Of a stretch of DNA of 33,080 nt, positions 1-10,045 are shown piece by piece. The stretch is taken from the IMG/VR virus record IMGVR_UViG_2896601577_000002. One strand, 5' to 3'. The translations under genes were made by a program, and so were the position numbers. Each line of letters begins with the position of its first letter. Positions within the stretch are counted from its first letter, which is position 1. The DNA comes from a virus. Lineage: Duplodnaviria > Heunggongvirae > Uroviricota > Caudoviricetes. The notes below the pieces were generated by a model. It did no database searches. It was not told where the DNA came from and saw only the letters and a program-made list of their open reading frames with translations.

Positions 1-495
1 TTACTGATAGTGTTTTATGTTCAGATAATGCCCGATGACCTTGTCATGCAGCTCCACCGATTTTGAGAACGACAGCGACTTCCGTCCCAGCCGTCCCAGC
101 CGTCCCAGCCGTCCCAGCCGTCCCAGCCGTCCCAGCCGTCCCAGCCGTCCCAGCCGTCCCAGCCGTCCCAGCCGTCCCAGCCGTCCCAGCCGTCCCAGCC
201 GTCCCAGCCGTGCCAGGTGCTGCCTCAGATTCAGGTTATGCCGCTCAATTCGCTGCGTATATCGCTTGCTGATTACGTGCAGCTTTCCCTTCAGGCGGGA
301 TTCATACAGTGGCCAGCCATCCGTCATCCATATCACCACGTCAAAGGGTGACAGCAAGCTCATAAGACGCCCCAGCGTCGCCATAGTGCGTTCACCGAAT
401 ACGTGCGCAACAACCGTCTTCCGGAGCCTGTCATACGCGTAAAACAGCCAGCGCTGGCGCGATTTAGCCCCGACGTATCCCCACTGTTCGTCCAT
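1..495 (-). CDS. insB: IS1 InsB transposase reading frame (made as InsAB' by -1 frameshift), carrying an in-frame (LGR)n insertion
   Basis: Translation matches IS1 InsB ([16 protein letters not shown]...HYLNIKHYQ) except for repeated LGR tripeptides; frame is open upstream to about 590. Confidence 0.85.
   Translation of the reverse strand: MDEQWGYVGAKSRQRWLFYAYDRLRKTVVAHVFGERTMATLGRLMSLLSPFDVVIWMTDGWPLYESRLKGKLHVISKRYTQRIERHNLNLRQHLARLGRLGRLGRLGRLGRLGRLGRLGRLGRLGRLGRLGRLGRLGRKSLSFSKSVELHDKVIGHYLNIKHYQ
82..216. repeat. 9-bp tandem repeat, 14 perfect units CCGTCCCAG plus one variant CCGTGCCAG
   Basis: Counted directly: perfect units 82-207, variant 208-216. Confidence 0.95.
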
Positions 496-539
496 TTCCG
501 CGCAGACGATGACGTCACTGCCCGGCTGTATGCGCGAGG

Positions 540-815
540 TTACCGACTGCGGCCTGAGTTTTTTAAGTGACGTAAAATCGTGTTGAGGCTAACGCCCATA
601 ATGCGTGCAGTTGCCCGGCATCCAACGCCATTCATGGCCATATCAATAATTTTCTGGTACGTACCGGGTTGAGAGGCGGTGTAAGTGAACTGCAGTTGCC
701 ATGTTTTACGGCAGTGAGAGCAGAGATAGCGCTGATGTCCGGCAGTGCTTTTGCCGTTACGCACCACCCCGTCAGTAGCTGAACAGGAGGGACAGCTGAT
801 AGAAACAGAAGCCAC
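540..815 (-). CDS. insA: IS1 InsA
   Basis: 91-aa product [22 protein letters not shown]... matches IS1 InsA. Confidence 0.9.
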   Translation of the reverse strand: MASVSISCPSCSATDGVVRNGKSTAGHQRYLCSHCRKTWQLQFTYTASQPGTYQKIIDMAMNGVGCRATARIMGVSLNTILRHLKNSGRSR

Positions 816-889
816 TGGAGCACCTCAAAAACACCATCATACACTAAATCAGTAAGTTGGCAGCATCACCCAAATGCTTTATTCATTCT

Positions 890-1168
890 TTACTTCCTTT
901 TTATGGCTCGTAATTTTTTCAGGTGCTTTTCCTGCTCAGTGTCCGCGAGAATTTTGCGGTACTCCTGGTGGTCAATATGTTCGAACAGGCAGTTTAACTC
1001 ACCAATGCGTACCCGCCCGGATCGTCCGTCCATCCGTCGAAAGAACACTGAGTGCTCAGTGATGCGAGTAATCACCACGGGGTATCCAGCTCTGTCCGTG
1101 TATATCTGACCGCGTTGAATCAAAGCGAACATGTGGTTATCCCCATCGACAAATCGAGAACACAACAA
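890..1168 (-). CDS. hypothetical prophage protein (80-92 aa)
   Basis: ORF on the same strand as neighbouring early genes; no family recognised. Confidence 0.4.
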   Translation of the reverse strand: MLCSRFVDGDNHMFALIQRGQIYTDRAGYPVVITRITEHSVFFRRMDGRSGRVRIGELNCLFEHIDHQEYRKILADTEQEKHLKKLRAIKRK

Positions 1169-1216
1169 ACGCTGCTGCGAATACCACCCCCAGAGTTACG
1201 ATTGCATCAGGCCAGC

Positions 1217-2161
1217 TCATTGATTCACCTCCTGCCTGTCGTCCGGCATTCGCTCACTACAGCTTATCCAACCATCCGGAGTTACCGGAACTTGTGGAAT
1301 GGCTGTCTGCTCTCGAACGTCATTAGGCGCTATAGGTTCTGCTGCCAACTGACTGGCATATTTGTTAATGGTAACGATAAGCTCTTGCTCAGCCTCATCC
1401 AGACAATCACCGATACCTCGCCTGTCACCGTCAAAATCATCGAAATCGGCACGAATCCTGGCAACCTTCAGGATTGCGGACAACACCTCACTAGGAATTG
1501 CCGGATAGTTGGTTGACGTTTCCGCGATTTCCCGAAAATTATTGGTTGACGAATTCTTGTTTTCCCGAAAGTTTCCGGACTGAAGCATGGCGGCGCGGCA
1601 GGCGTTCCATATTTCGGCAGCAATATCGCGCTCGCTATCGGTTAATTTGTACGTTGAAACATAGCCAGAGAGCATTTCTACGTTTTCCGGAGTTGCTTCT
1701 TCAGGCACTACCGGTGCTGGCTCACGTATTACAGGCTCGCCCATGCGTGATTCTCCCTGCGCCTCTTTCACCATGTGGTCATTGATTTGCTCCAGTCGCC
1801 GAACGTGCTCATCAGCTTCAAGCGCTCGCCGTTTCCAGATGGACAGGTCTTCACGAGCGCCCTGATATGCGTCACCGTATTCGCCGTTAAATACTGGCGC
1901 TGGCGGGGCGATGCGTCCAAGCAACTTATTTACCTCTTTCGCCATCGCGTCATATTTATCTAAATAGCGATTAGCTTCTAAGCAGACTCGGTGCATCTGA
2001 TCTGAGTTAACTCGTTTAACTGGATCTGCTTCCAATGATGCCAGTGCAATCCGTGCCAGTTCTTCCGCTTCTTCTGCTGGCAGTACAACGTTGCTACCCG
2101 GTCCGTATGTTTCGCGCCACTGCTTGATTGTCAGCAGTCGCCCTTTGGTAATAGTGATCAT
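1217..2161 (-). CDS. hypothetical prophage early-region protein (314 aa)
   Basis: Long ORF with coherent codon usage; 4-bp overlap with the next gene. Confidence 0.6.
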   Translation of the reverse strand: MITITKGRLLTIKQWRETYGPGSNVVLPAEEAEELARIALASLEADPVKRVNSDQMHRVCLEANRYLDKYDAMAKEVNKLLGRIAPPAPVFNGEYGDAYQGAREDLSIWKRRALEADEHVRRLEQINDHMVKEAQGESRMGEPVIREPAPVVPEEATPENVEMLSGYVSTYKLTDSERDIAAEIWNACRAAMLQSGNFRENKNSSTNNFREIAETSTNYPAIPSEVLSAILKVARIRADFDDFDGDRRGIGDCLDEAEQELIVTINKYASQLAAEPIAPNDVREQTAIPQVPVTPDGWISCSERMPDDRQEVNQ

Positions 2162-2384
2162 GCCGCGTTTCCTTCTTTCTTATTAACAATCACACCGTCA
2201 TATATTTCATTAAGGTGCCCTCTCAACTCCATGCGCCTTAATGCAGATAACATGTAATCGCATTCAACCTGCTTATTCCCGGTAAATGGCTTATCGTCAG
2301 GATTACCCCAACAGCAATTACCCCTGGGCCATCCATGTACTTTCCGTACTCTTCCGTTAACAACGTGAAGTAATCCTGAAGTGG

Positions 2385-3553
<1,169 letters not shown>

Positions 3554-3926
3554 TGGAGCACCTGTGTTGTTCTGAGGTGAGCATATCACCTCTGTTCAGG
3601 TGGCCAAATTCAGTGTGCCACTTCATCCCCAGCCGGGAGGTAAATCCTCAACTGAAATAATTTCCGGCTCACTAATAAAGAATCGCCAGTCGCCCATGCC
3701 AAGTGAGGGATTTTTACGGAAACGCTTTTTTCTATCTGCCAACAAGTCAGCACGAGAACACTTCGCCTCTATCAGGCATGATGCTGAATTTCTGAATCCC
3801 ATAGCATCTGGCTGTTCTCCGGTACTGGTTACAGCAACAAAGCGGTCATGAAAGCAAACCTTGAACCCGTTGCGCTTAAGGAACTTGTACGCAATCTGAC
3901 AGAGTTCGTGGTGTGTTAACGCCATA

Positions 3927-4463
3927 TCACTCTCCTTTGATGCGAATGTCAGCGACGCGTAATGCGTGTTCTAGGTCAATCAGGTAAAGCCAACTGCCAT
4001 TTTCTTTAGGTATCATGACTTGTCGCTCATATGCATTTATCGGGTGTCCATATCGAAGGTCGTAGCGAGTCGGTAATTGAACTTCCCGCGCTTCCAGTTC
4101 AGCAATACGCTTGCACCCATCAGAGATAACTCCCTCGTAATACTCGCGCTGCTCGTTGAGTTTTGATTTTGCTGCTTCAAGCTCAACGCGCAGCTTCCCA
4201 ACCGTAAGCGCAATATCCTCGTTCTCCTGGTCGCGGCGTTTGATGTATTGCTGGTTTCTTTCCCGTTCATCCAGTAGTGCCAGCACGGTTTCTGGTCCGG
4301 TCAGAAATTTGAAGGCATTGAGCGCATCAATATCCACACCGTAATCTTTAAGTTCCTGTTCACTTAACAAATCATCATCAACTGGCAACATTAACAGGCG
4401 TTCCATTGCTGGAATTGCACGTTCCGCCACCTCACGCAGTGCCTGGTAATTAATTTCGCTCAC
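3927..4463 (-). CDS. Ea22-like prophage protein
   Basis: N-terminus MSEINYQALREVAE, paralogous to the next ORF; typical lambdoid early-left protein. Confidence 0.65.
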   Translation of the reverse strand: MSEINYQALREVAERAIPAMERLLMLPVDDDLLSEQELKDYGVDIDALNAFKFLTGPETVLALLDERERNQQYIKRRDQENEDIALTVGKLRVELEAAKSKLNEQREYYEGVISDGCKRIAELEAREVQLPTRYDLRYGHPINAYERQVMIPKENGSWLYLIDLEHALRVADIRIKGE

Positions 4464-5140
4464 TGATTGCCTCCTTTGCGAAGCTGGGCAGCAAAGTCAA
4501 CTAACCACTCAGTCATTTCAACCTTCCCTACCAGGTCTGAACTAGGGTGCATACAGCAATCACTCTGCGCCGCTTTGAAATCCTTACACTCATATTCTTG
4601 GGCCACCAGATTTTTTGCAGCTTCTATAGCAGCATCCACCCCCTGCGCCCGGACTTCAGCCAGGAAAGCATCAGTGGTTGGCGTTTCAGGTATCTGTCTC
4701 CTCATCCGTTCTATTGCATGATTGAACCCGAAGTCTTCCGCGAGAGATACGTCATCCATATTGTCATTGTCATCCTCAATATCCCGTGATTCTGGAATTG
4801 CAGACTTTATTCCCGCATTCTCCGCTGCCAGCGCCGCGCACTTGGCTTCAAGAGCGGCAACCACTTCCTGATGGTCTTTGTACTTAACGTATGAGCCGGA
4901 GATGTCATCACCTTCGGTGTTTAGCCATGCGTCATTGCAATTCACTGCGTAGGTTCTGATGCTGATGCTCTCCCGCCCCTGACAGACGCCAGGCCAGTCA
5001 ATAAAGTATCCGCAATGCCTACCCTCAGACGTGCGCGCAGGATAAATGCCGTTATGACCCGGCAAAATATATGCTACCCATTCATCTTGCGTTGCCTGTT
5101 CCGCCGCCTCGCGCAGTGCCTGATAGTCAATCTTGCTCAC
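4460..5140 (-). CDS. Ea22-like prophage protein (paralog)
   Basis: N-terminus MSKIDYQALREAAE; 4-bp overlap with the downstream paralog. Confidence 0.65.
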   Translation of the reverse strand: MSKIDYQALREAAEQATQDEWVAYILPGHNGIYPARTSEGRHCGYFIDWPGVCQGRESISIRTYAVNCNDAWLNTEGDDISGSYVKYKDHQEVVAALEAKCAALAAENAGIKSAIPESRDIEDDNDNMDDVSLAEDFGFNHAIERMRRQIPETPTTDAFLAEVRAQGVDAAIEAAKNLVAQEYECKDFKAAQSDCCMHPSSDLVGKVEMTEWLVDFAAQLRKGGNQ

Positions 5141-5441
5141 TGGCAGCCTCCTTTGCCGGGATTTCTAACTTTTGAGTGGTTGTATCAAATTCAAACAACT
5201 TAACCACGTCATCAAACAGGACATAATCACCATCAGGATCTTCAGTCATATCTGCGCCACAATCCTGACCGCACGAGTCGCAACCATCCATATCAAGCTC
5301 GTATCGCTTCAGGTTTGCGATATTTGATAAATTCAGCGCCAGTACAGCCAGGTCATAAACCTCTTCGGCAGTGACATCGCTGTTCAGTCCCATTTCATGG
5401 CGATATATGATTTTTTCTACTCGTTGTTTTGTGATCGTCAT
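5127..5441 (-). CDS. hypothetical prophage protein
   Basis: ORF with ATG at 5441 and GGAG upstream; overlaps the Ea22-like start. Confidence 0.45.
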   Translation of the reverse strand: MTITKQRVEKIIYRHEMGLNSDVTAEEVYDLAVLALNLSNIANLKRYELDMDGCDSCGQDCGADMTEDPDGDYVLFDDVVKLFEFDTTTQKLEIPAKEAASEQD

Positions 5442-5712
5442 TTTTCTCTTCACTCCGATATACAAGGATTACTACACCCCCTCTGCTGATTGCGCGAGCT
5501 GGATCCCCTGGTTCCATGCCGTCAATTCCGAAGGCTTCGGAAAACGCATTCATTGCCTTCTGGCGTTCATCCTGCTTACGGCGTTTATTCCATTTTTTCA
5601 GGAACAACAGCGACAGCCACCGTCCGCTGCAGAACACGATGTAAAAATAACCAAGGAGCGCCAGGCCGACATTCAGGGCCGTTTCTATGGTTAGTTGTGA
5701 GTCAGTTGCCAT
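5395..5712 (-). CDS. hypothetical small membrane protein
   Basis: N-terminal hydrophobic segment followed by a basic stretch; overlaps neighbour, start and extent uncertain. Confidence 0.3.
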   Translation of the reverse strand: MATDSQLTIETALNVGLALLGYFYIVFCSGRWLSLLFLKKWNKRRKQDERQKAMNAFSEAFGIDGMEPGDPARAISRGGVVILVYRSEEKNDDHKTTSRKNHISP

Positions 5713-5992
5713 TTCTTACCTGTTTAAGTAACTGGTTGAACATAACACTTAGGGGATTGCTGTATCCAAACGGCAGATTGTTTACGCAGTACAGAATCAT
5801 TTTGTTTTTTTCTCCAGTTCGTACTATTAACCCATTCCACAATAACCGTGATAATTTATTACTGATAGAAGTTGCGCTTCTTCCAAGTGCGAGGGATATA
5901 TCTTCTCTACTGCAATCTGGATTTTCCTGGATATACTCGATAACGGTCATGTGGTCCCTTTTACTTAATATCTGTTTCGGATTGCATGCCAT
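5702..5992 (-). CDS. hypothetical protein, possibly winged-helix DNA-binding
   Basis: ORF; alternative start at 5950. Confidence 0.45.
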   Translation of the reverse strand: MACNPKQILSKRDHMTVIEYIQENPDCSREDISLALGRSATSISNKLSRLLWNGLIVRTGEKNKMILYCVNNLPFGYSNPLSVMFNQLLKQVRNGN

Positions 5993-5998
5993 GAGTAT

Positions 5999-6556
5999 TC
6001 ATTTCGTTAATAATTTCATCCAGAAGGATTTCAAGCCCTTCTCGACCCATATCTGAAAGAATGAAACCTTTATCAGGGAAGTAGTGAGCATTTTCTGATA
6101 AAGAAACAGCGCTCTTCCCATTCCTTCAGCTTCGCCGTATTTTTGAATTAAATTCCATTCAATATACTGTTGTAAGGCAAATCGAATGGGGCCGGGATAT
6201 ATCGTCATAAACCCATACATCCCGTTATATACCACGGCGTGTTCAGTTGTTCCGTGTTCAGTTGTTCCGTGTTCATTCAGGATATCAATTGTGCCGTTCT
6301 TGTCTTCTTCTTCGTTGATGAATGTCGTCACATACAACCATCGCCACTGAGCAACCTTCATCTCAACCGGAAGTTTACCCAGTAATCCTGCTTCGTCGGC
6401 TTGCGCCAGACACTGAAGGATACGTAAACCTCGCACATTAGGAGTATCGAATTCTCCGGCATCCAGACGACGTATGGCGTCGTGATAATCAATCGTCATA
6501 CTGCCAGTTCGTATACCATTGGCTGTTGCTTCAGCCTGGAATTCATCGTATTGCAT
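5999..6556 (-). CDS. hypothetical prophage protein with internal 15-bp tandem duplication
   Basis: ORF; repeat 6241-6275 encodes EHGTTEHGTTEH. Confidence 0.5.
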   Translation of the reverse strand: MQYDEFQAEATANGIRTGSMTIDYHDAIRRLDAGEFDTPNVRGLRILQCLAQADEAGLLGKLPVEMKVAQWRWLYVTTFINEEEDKNGTIDILNEHGTTEHGTTEHAVVYNGMYGFMTIYPGPIRFALQQYIEWNLIQKYGEAEGMGRALFLYQKMLTTSLIKVSFFQIWVEKGLKSFWMKLLTK

Positions 6557-6561
6557 GATAT

Positions 6562-6762
6562 TTATTCCTCATCTTCATCTTCATCTTCATCTTCATCTGC
6601 TGGTGCAATAACGTCATATCCTGCCTTTTCTGCAATAAACAGGAATGTTGAAAGAGTTCCTACAAGTTCATCGTCATGAACATGGCGAATGAATATTACT
6701 TTCCCGTTTTTGATGGTCAGCAATATTCTGGTTTGTTCGTGTTCTGCTGTTTTCTGATGCAT
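6562..6762 (-). CDS. small acidic protein with (DE)n C-terminus
   Basis: ORF with GGGAGA SD; hexamer repeat 6569-6600. Confidence 0.45.
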   Translation of the reverse strand: MHQKTAEHEQTRILLTIKNGKVIFIRHVHDDELVGTLSTFLFIAEKAGYDVIAPADEDEDEDEDEE

Positions 6763-6936
6763 TATTATCTCCCGTATGCTTTACGCAGAAATAAGCAGGC
6801 AATATGCATGTAATTTTCACCGTATTGTGCAATAAGGCAGGCGGTTAGACTGGCCCCCTGAATCTCCAGACAACCAGTATCACTTAAATAAGTGATAGTC
6901 TTAATACTAGTTTTTAGACTAGTCATTGGAGTACAG

Positions 6937-7298
6937 ATGATTGATGTCTTAGGGCCGGAGAAACGCAGACGGCGTACCACACAGGAAAAGATCGCAATTG
7001 TTCAGCAGAGCTTTGAACCGGGGATGACGGTCTCCCTCGTTGCCCGGCAACATGGTGTAGCAGCCAGTTATTTCTCTGGCGTAAGCAATACCAGGAAGGA
7101 AGTCTTACTGCTGTGGCCGCCGGAGAACAGGTTGTTCCTGCCTCTGAACTTGCTGCCGCCATGAAGCAGATTAAAGAACTCCAGCGCCTGCTCGGCAAGA
7201 AAACGATGGAAAATGAACTCCTCAAAGAAGCCGTTGAATATGGACGGGCAAAAAAGTGGATAGCGCACGCGCCCTTATTGCCCGGGGATGGGGAGTAA
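6937..7298 (+). pseudogene. insC: IS2 insC (OrfA) with frameshift from a 4-bp deletion
   Basis: Product matches InsC up to ...QHGVAAS, then shifts frame; the native frame resumes at [14 protein letters not shown]... (7113-7298). Confidence 0.75.
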
Positions 7299-8161
7299 GC
7301 TTAGTCAGCCGTTGTCTCCGGGTGTCGCGTGCGCAGTTGCACGTCATTCTCAGACGAACCGATGACTGGATGGATGGCCGCCGCAGTCGTCACACTGATG
7401 ATACGGATGTGCTTCTCCGTATACACCATGTTATCGGAGAGCTGCCCACGTATGGTTATCGTCGGGTATGGGCGCTGCTTCGCAGACAGGCAGAACTTGA
7501 TGGTATGCCTGCGATCAATGCCAAACGTGTTTACCGGATCATGCGCCAGAATGCGCTGTTGCTTGAGCGAAAACCTGCTGTACCGCCATCGAAACGGGCA
7601 CATACAGGCAGAGTGGCCGTGAAAGAAAGCAATCAGCGATGGTACTCTGACGGGTTCGAGTTCTGCTGTGATAACGGAGAGAGACTGCGTGTCACGTTCG
7701 CGCTGGACTGCTGTGATCGTGAGGCACTGCACTGGGCGGTGACTACCGGCGGCTTCAACAGTGAAACAGTACAGGACGTCATGCTGGGAGCGGTGGAACG
7801 CCGCTTCGGCAACGATCTTCCGTCGTCTCCAGTGGAGTGGCTGACGGATAATGGTTCATGCTACCGGGCTAATGAAACACGCCAGTTCGCCCGGATGTTG
7901 GGACTTGAACCGAAGAACACGGCGGTGCGGAGTCCGGAGAGTAACGGAATAGCAGAGAGCTTCGTGAAAACGATAAAGCGTGACTACATCAGTATCATGC
8001 CCAAACCAGACGGGTTAACGGCAGCAAAGAACCTTGCAGAGGCGTTCGAGCATTATAACGAATGGCATCCGCATAGTGCGCTGGGTTATCGCTCGCCACG
8101 GGAATATCTGCGGCAGCGGGCTTGTAATGGGTTAAGTGATAACAGATGTCTGGAAATATAG
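7256..8161 (+). CDS. insD: IS2 InsD (OrfB transposase)
   Basis: 301-aa product matches IS2 InsD. Confidence 0.85.
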   Translation: MDSARALIARGWGVSLVSRCLRVSRAQLHVILRRTDDWMDGRRSRHTDDTDVLLRIHHVIGELPTYGYRRVWALLRRQAELDGMPAINAKRVYRIMRQNALLLERKPAVPPSKRAHTGRVAVKESNQRWYSDGFEFCCDNGERLRVTFALDCCDREALHWAVTTGGFNSETVQDVMLGAVERRFGNDLPSSPVEWLTDNGSCYRANETRQFARMLGLEPKNTAVRSPESNGIAESFVKTIKRDYISIMPKPDGLTAAKNLAEAFEHYNEWHPHSALGYRSPREYLRQRACNGLSDNRCLEI

Positions 8162-8288
8162 GGGCAAATCCAGCGGTCTTGTGTGATGCCATATTCTTTA
8201 TAAAAGTCACAATAAAGCCTCCTGCGGATTAAGGTTGTAACAATCCCCGGCGATAAAACCGCAATAAACGTTCAGGGCATATTTGTTG

Positions 8289-8654
8289 TTATTGCGCTAA
8301 TTCTTTTTCGGCAGCAGCTTTTGTATACTCACATGCAAAACTCAGAATTTCGCTGCCGAGTGTTTTCGTTTCGTGATTACTGGACATATGTAATACCTGT
8401 GTTGCATGCAATAAATGATAAACATTTACCGCAAATGAATCAGGCTCCAGACAAATGCCTTCGTAATTATCTTGCTGTGAGGTTGTTTCTGTCATTGCTC
8501 CTGAAGTGCATGCGAGCCTGTTTTTGACAATTCTCTTTTCTCTAATCACTATATCGGCAACATCTATTGCCTTTACAACCTCCGGGAGAAGTTCCGGGTT
8601 TGTATAATCAAAGTCATCAACATGGAGAACAGTTATGTTTTCGAACTTTTTCAT
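8289..8654 (-). CDS. hypothetical protein (121 aa), second gene of the cassette downstream of cI
   Basis: ORF on the cI strand; no recognisable family. Confidence 0.5.
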   Translation of the reverse strand: MKKFENITVLHVDDFDYTNPELLPEVVKAIDVADIVIREKRIVKNRLACTSGAMTETTSQQDNYEGICLEPDSFAVNVYHLLHATQVLHMSSNHETKTLGSEILSFACEYTKAAAEKELAQ

Positions 8655-8782
8655 GGCTTCCTCAGCTGACTTATATGTTCTGCTATATAGCGAGTCTCAG
8701 AAGTGTTTTCATATTGAGACTGTTTCCGCAATGATTGATAAAAATGTTCGCATGTACCTTGAAGGGCGAAGCGGCGATTATG

Positions 8783-9286
8783 TCACCATTGGTATTGGTT
8801 CTTCCGCAGAAGAGCTTCGCGAGATAAGGGGCAAACTTGTTGAGATGCGTCATGGTGTTGCTGCTCCTCACTTTTTGGTTGCTCCGGAGGAGTAACCTCA
8901 CCAGTTAACAGCCACATCGGATCGCAGCCAAGAATATTTGCCAGTGGGATAAGCATACTGATAGTTGGTTCATACTCTCCGCTCTCCCACTGGATGATAA
9001 TTTCTTCATCGAGATCGAGCAGCCTGGCGAGTTCGGCGGTTGTTAAGCCGCAGGCTTCGCGTTGGGTGCGAAGACGGTTGTTGATTGCAGAATTTTTGTT
9101 CTGTAAAAGCATTGCTGACGATAGCTTTCTGGATATGCTATTTGTCATATCCCATGCCAGTCCTGCGCATGACTCTATATCGCTAGAGAGTGTAGCATCA
9201 GGTGTTGCTTTTGCTATTAGTGTAATGAGGCTGCCGAGGTTTTTCAGTTCTTCGAGACAGTCAAGAGTTGTAGCTTTATTGATCAT
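8783..9286 (-). CDS. hypothetical protein (167 aa) with XRE-type helix-turn-helix in its C-terminal half
   Basis: ATG at 9286 with GAGG 9 nt upstream; HTH segment LRTQREACGLTTAELARLLDLDEEIIIQWESGEYEPTISML. Confidence 0.6.
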   Translation of the reverse strand: MINKATTLDCLEELKNLGSLITLIAKATPDATLSSDIESCAGLAWDMTNSISRKLSSAMLLQNKNSAINNRLRTQREACGLTTAELARLLDLDEEIIIQWESGEYEPTISMLIPLANILGCDPMWLLTGEVTPPEQPKSEEQQHHDASQQVCPLSREALLRKNQYQW

Positions 9287-9388
9287 GAGATGATACCTCA
9301 GTTACGAACTTTGTTTTATGGTAACTAAGGCGTCAAGGTGTGGCAAGTGATTTTGATACTTTGGTTTCTTTTTGTGTTTTGTGTCTGG
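9287..9388 (-). promoter_or_regulatory. putative leftward promoter/operator (OL/PL-like) region
   Basis: TTGATACTTTGG at 9353-9364 is identical to a motif in the cI-proximal operator region; candidate -35 TTGCCA / -10 TACCAT on the minus strand. Confidence 0.35.
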
Positions 9389-10045
9389 TCAGAAAATATC
9401 CCACCTGGCATCAACCACAACACCTACTATTTCGCAATCATTGTCCATTTCTATGATTGGATATTGTGGATTAAGGGGCTTTAGAAACGCCTTTCCCATG
9501 TCAGAAATATATTTTTTGAATGTTGCTTCATTGGTGGATTTTTTTCTGGCGATGACGTAACACCCTGAAAAAACTTCTTTATCTGGGTTGACAAGGATCG
9601 ACATTCCTTCAGGAAATGTTATTCCTACGGGCGAAGTCATTGAGTCTCCGTGCACTTCCAGCCAGAACCCCCTCTCACCAGCGTATTTTACAGAATGCCT
9701 CCAATTATCCTGATCATACATGTTGTAGTCATCACCAGAAGTTGCGAATAATCCTGCCTGAACCCAGTTAATTACAGGGTAAGAGTGTGCTGTGTCTCTC
9801 TGTGGGCAGCTCTTAACATTATTTTCCCAATGCTTATCTTTTTCATCTCCGTTCTGAAGCCACTGCGGTGAACACCGCAGTGCAGCTGCAACTTTAAAAA
9901 GGGTGTCACCGTTGAAACTTTTTGTAAGGCCTTGCTCGGCTTTACTGATTGCAACTCTGGTGATCCCAGCTTTTTTAGCCAACGCATCTTGTGTTAACCC
10001 AGCTTTTTGCCGTGCGTTGATGAGACGTTCACCTAAAGACTTCAT
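9389..10045 (-). CDS. cI: CI-like prophage repressor (N-terminal HTH plus C-terminal S24/LexA-type peptidase)
   Basis: HTH LTQDALAKKAGITRVAISKAEQG; peptidase motif GDSM; GAGGAG SD before the ATG at 10045. Confidence 0.85.
   Translation of the reverse strand: MKSLGERLINARQKAGLTQDALAKKAGITRVAISKAEQGLTKSFNGDTLFKVAAALRCSPQWLQNGDEKDKHWENNVKSCPQRDTAHSYPVINWVQAGLFATSGDDYNMYDQDNWRHSVKYAGERGFWLEVHGDSMTSPVGITFPEGMSILVNPDKEVFSGCYVIARKKSTNEATFKKYISDMGKAFLKPLNPQYPIIEMDNDCEIVGVVVDARWDIF

Larger units (their letters stand above)
1..870 (-). mobile_element. IS1 insertion sequence, partial (right end cut by window start); about 885 bp because of a 117-bp repeat expansion
   Basis: insA and insB products recognisable; left IR revcomp (CATACACTAAATCAGTAAGTTGGCAGCATCACC) ends at 870; A6C frameshift motif near 562-568. 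Confidence 0.9.
6846..8172 (+). mobile_element. IS2 (IS3 family), 1327 bp, flanked by 5-bp TSD GCGGT
   Basis: Left end TAGACTGGCCCCCTGAATCTCCAGACAACC, right end ...CTGGAAATATAGGGGCAAATCCA; GCGGT at 6841-6845 and 8173-8177. Confidence 0.9.

Noticed and set aside
82-216. Possible CRISPR array suggested by the regular short repeats
   Set aside because: Units are 9 bp, directly abutting with no spacers, and lie inside a transposase ORF; this is a tandem microsatellite, not a CRISPR array
35-442. Plus-strand ORFs 35-442 and 63-272 with long PSR/PAV repeat tracts
   Set aside because: They are antisense translations of the 9-bp tandem array inside IS1 insB; there are no translation signals and they overlap a recognised transposase gene
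8635-8895. 86-aa plus-strand ORF between and overlapping the two cassette genes downstream of cI
   Set aside because: It is antisense to the C-terminal tail of the HTH protein within a leftward operon and has no convincing SD; kept as an unresolved alternative, not called
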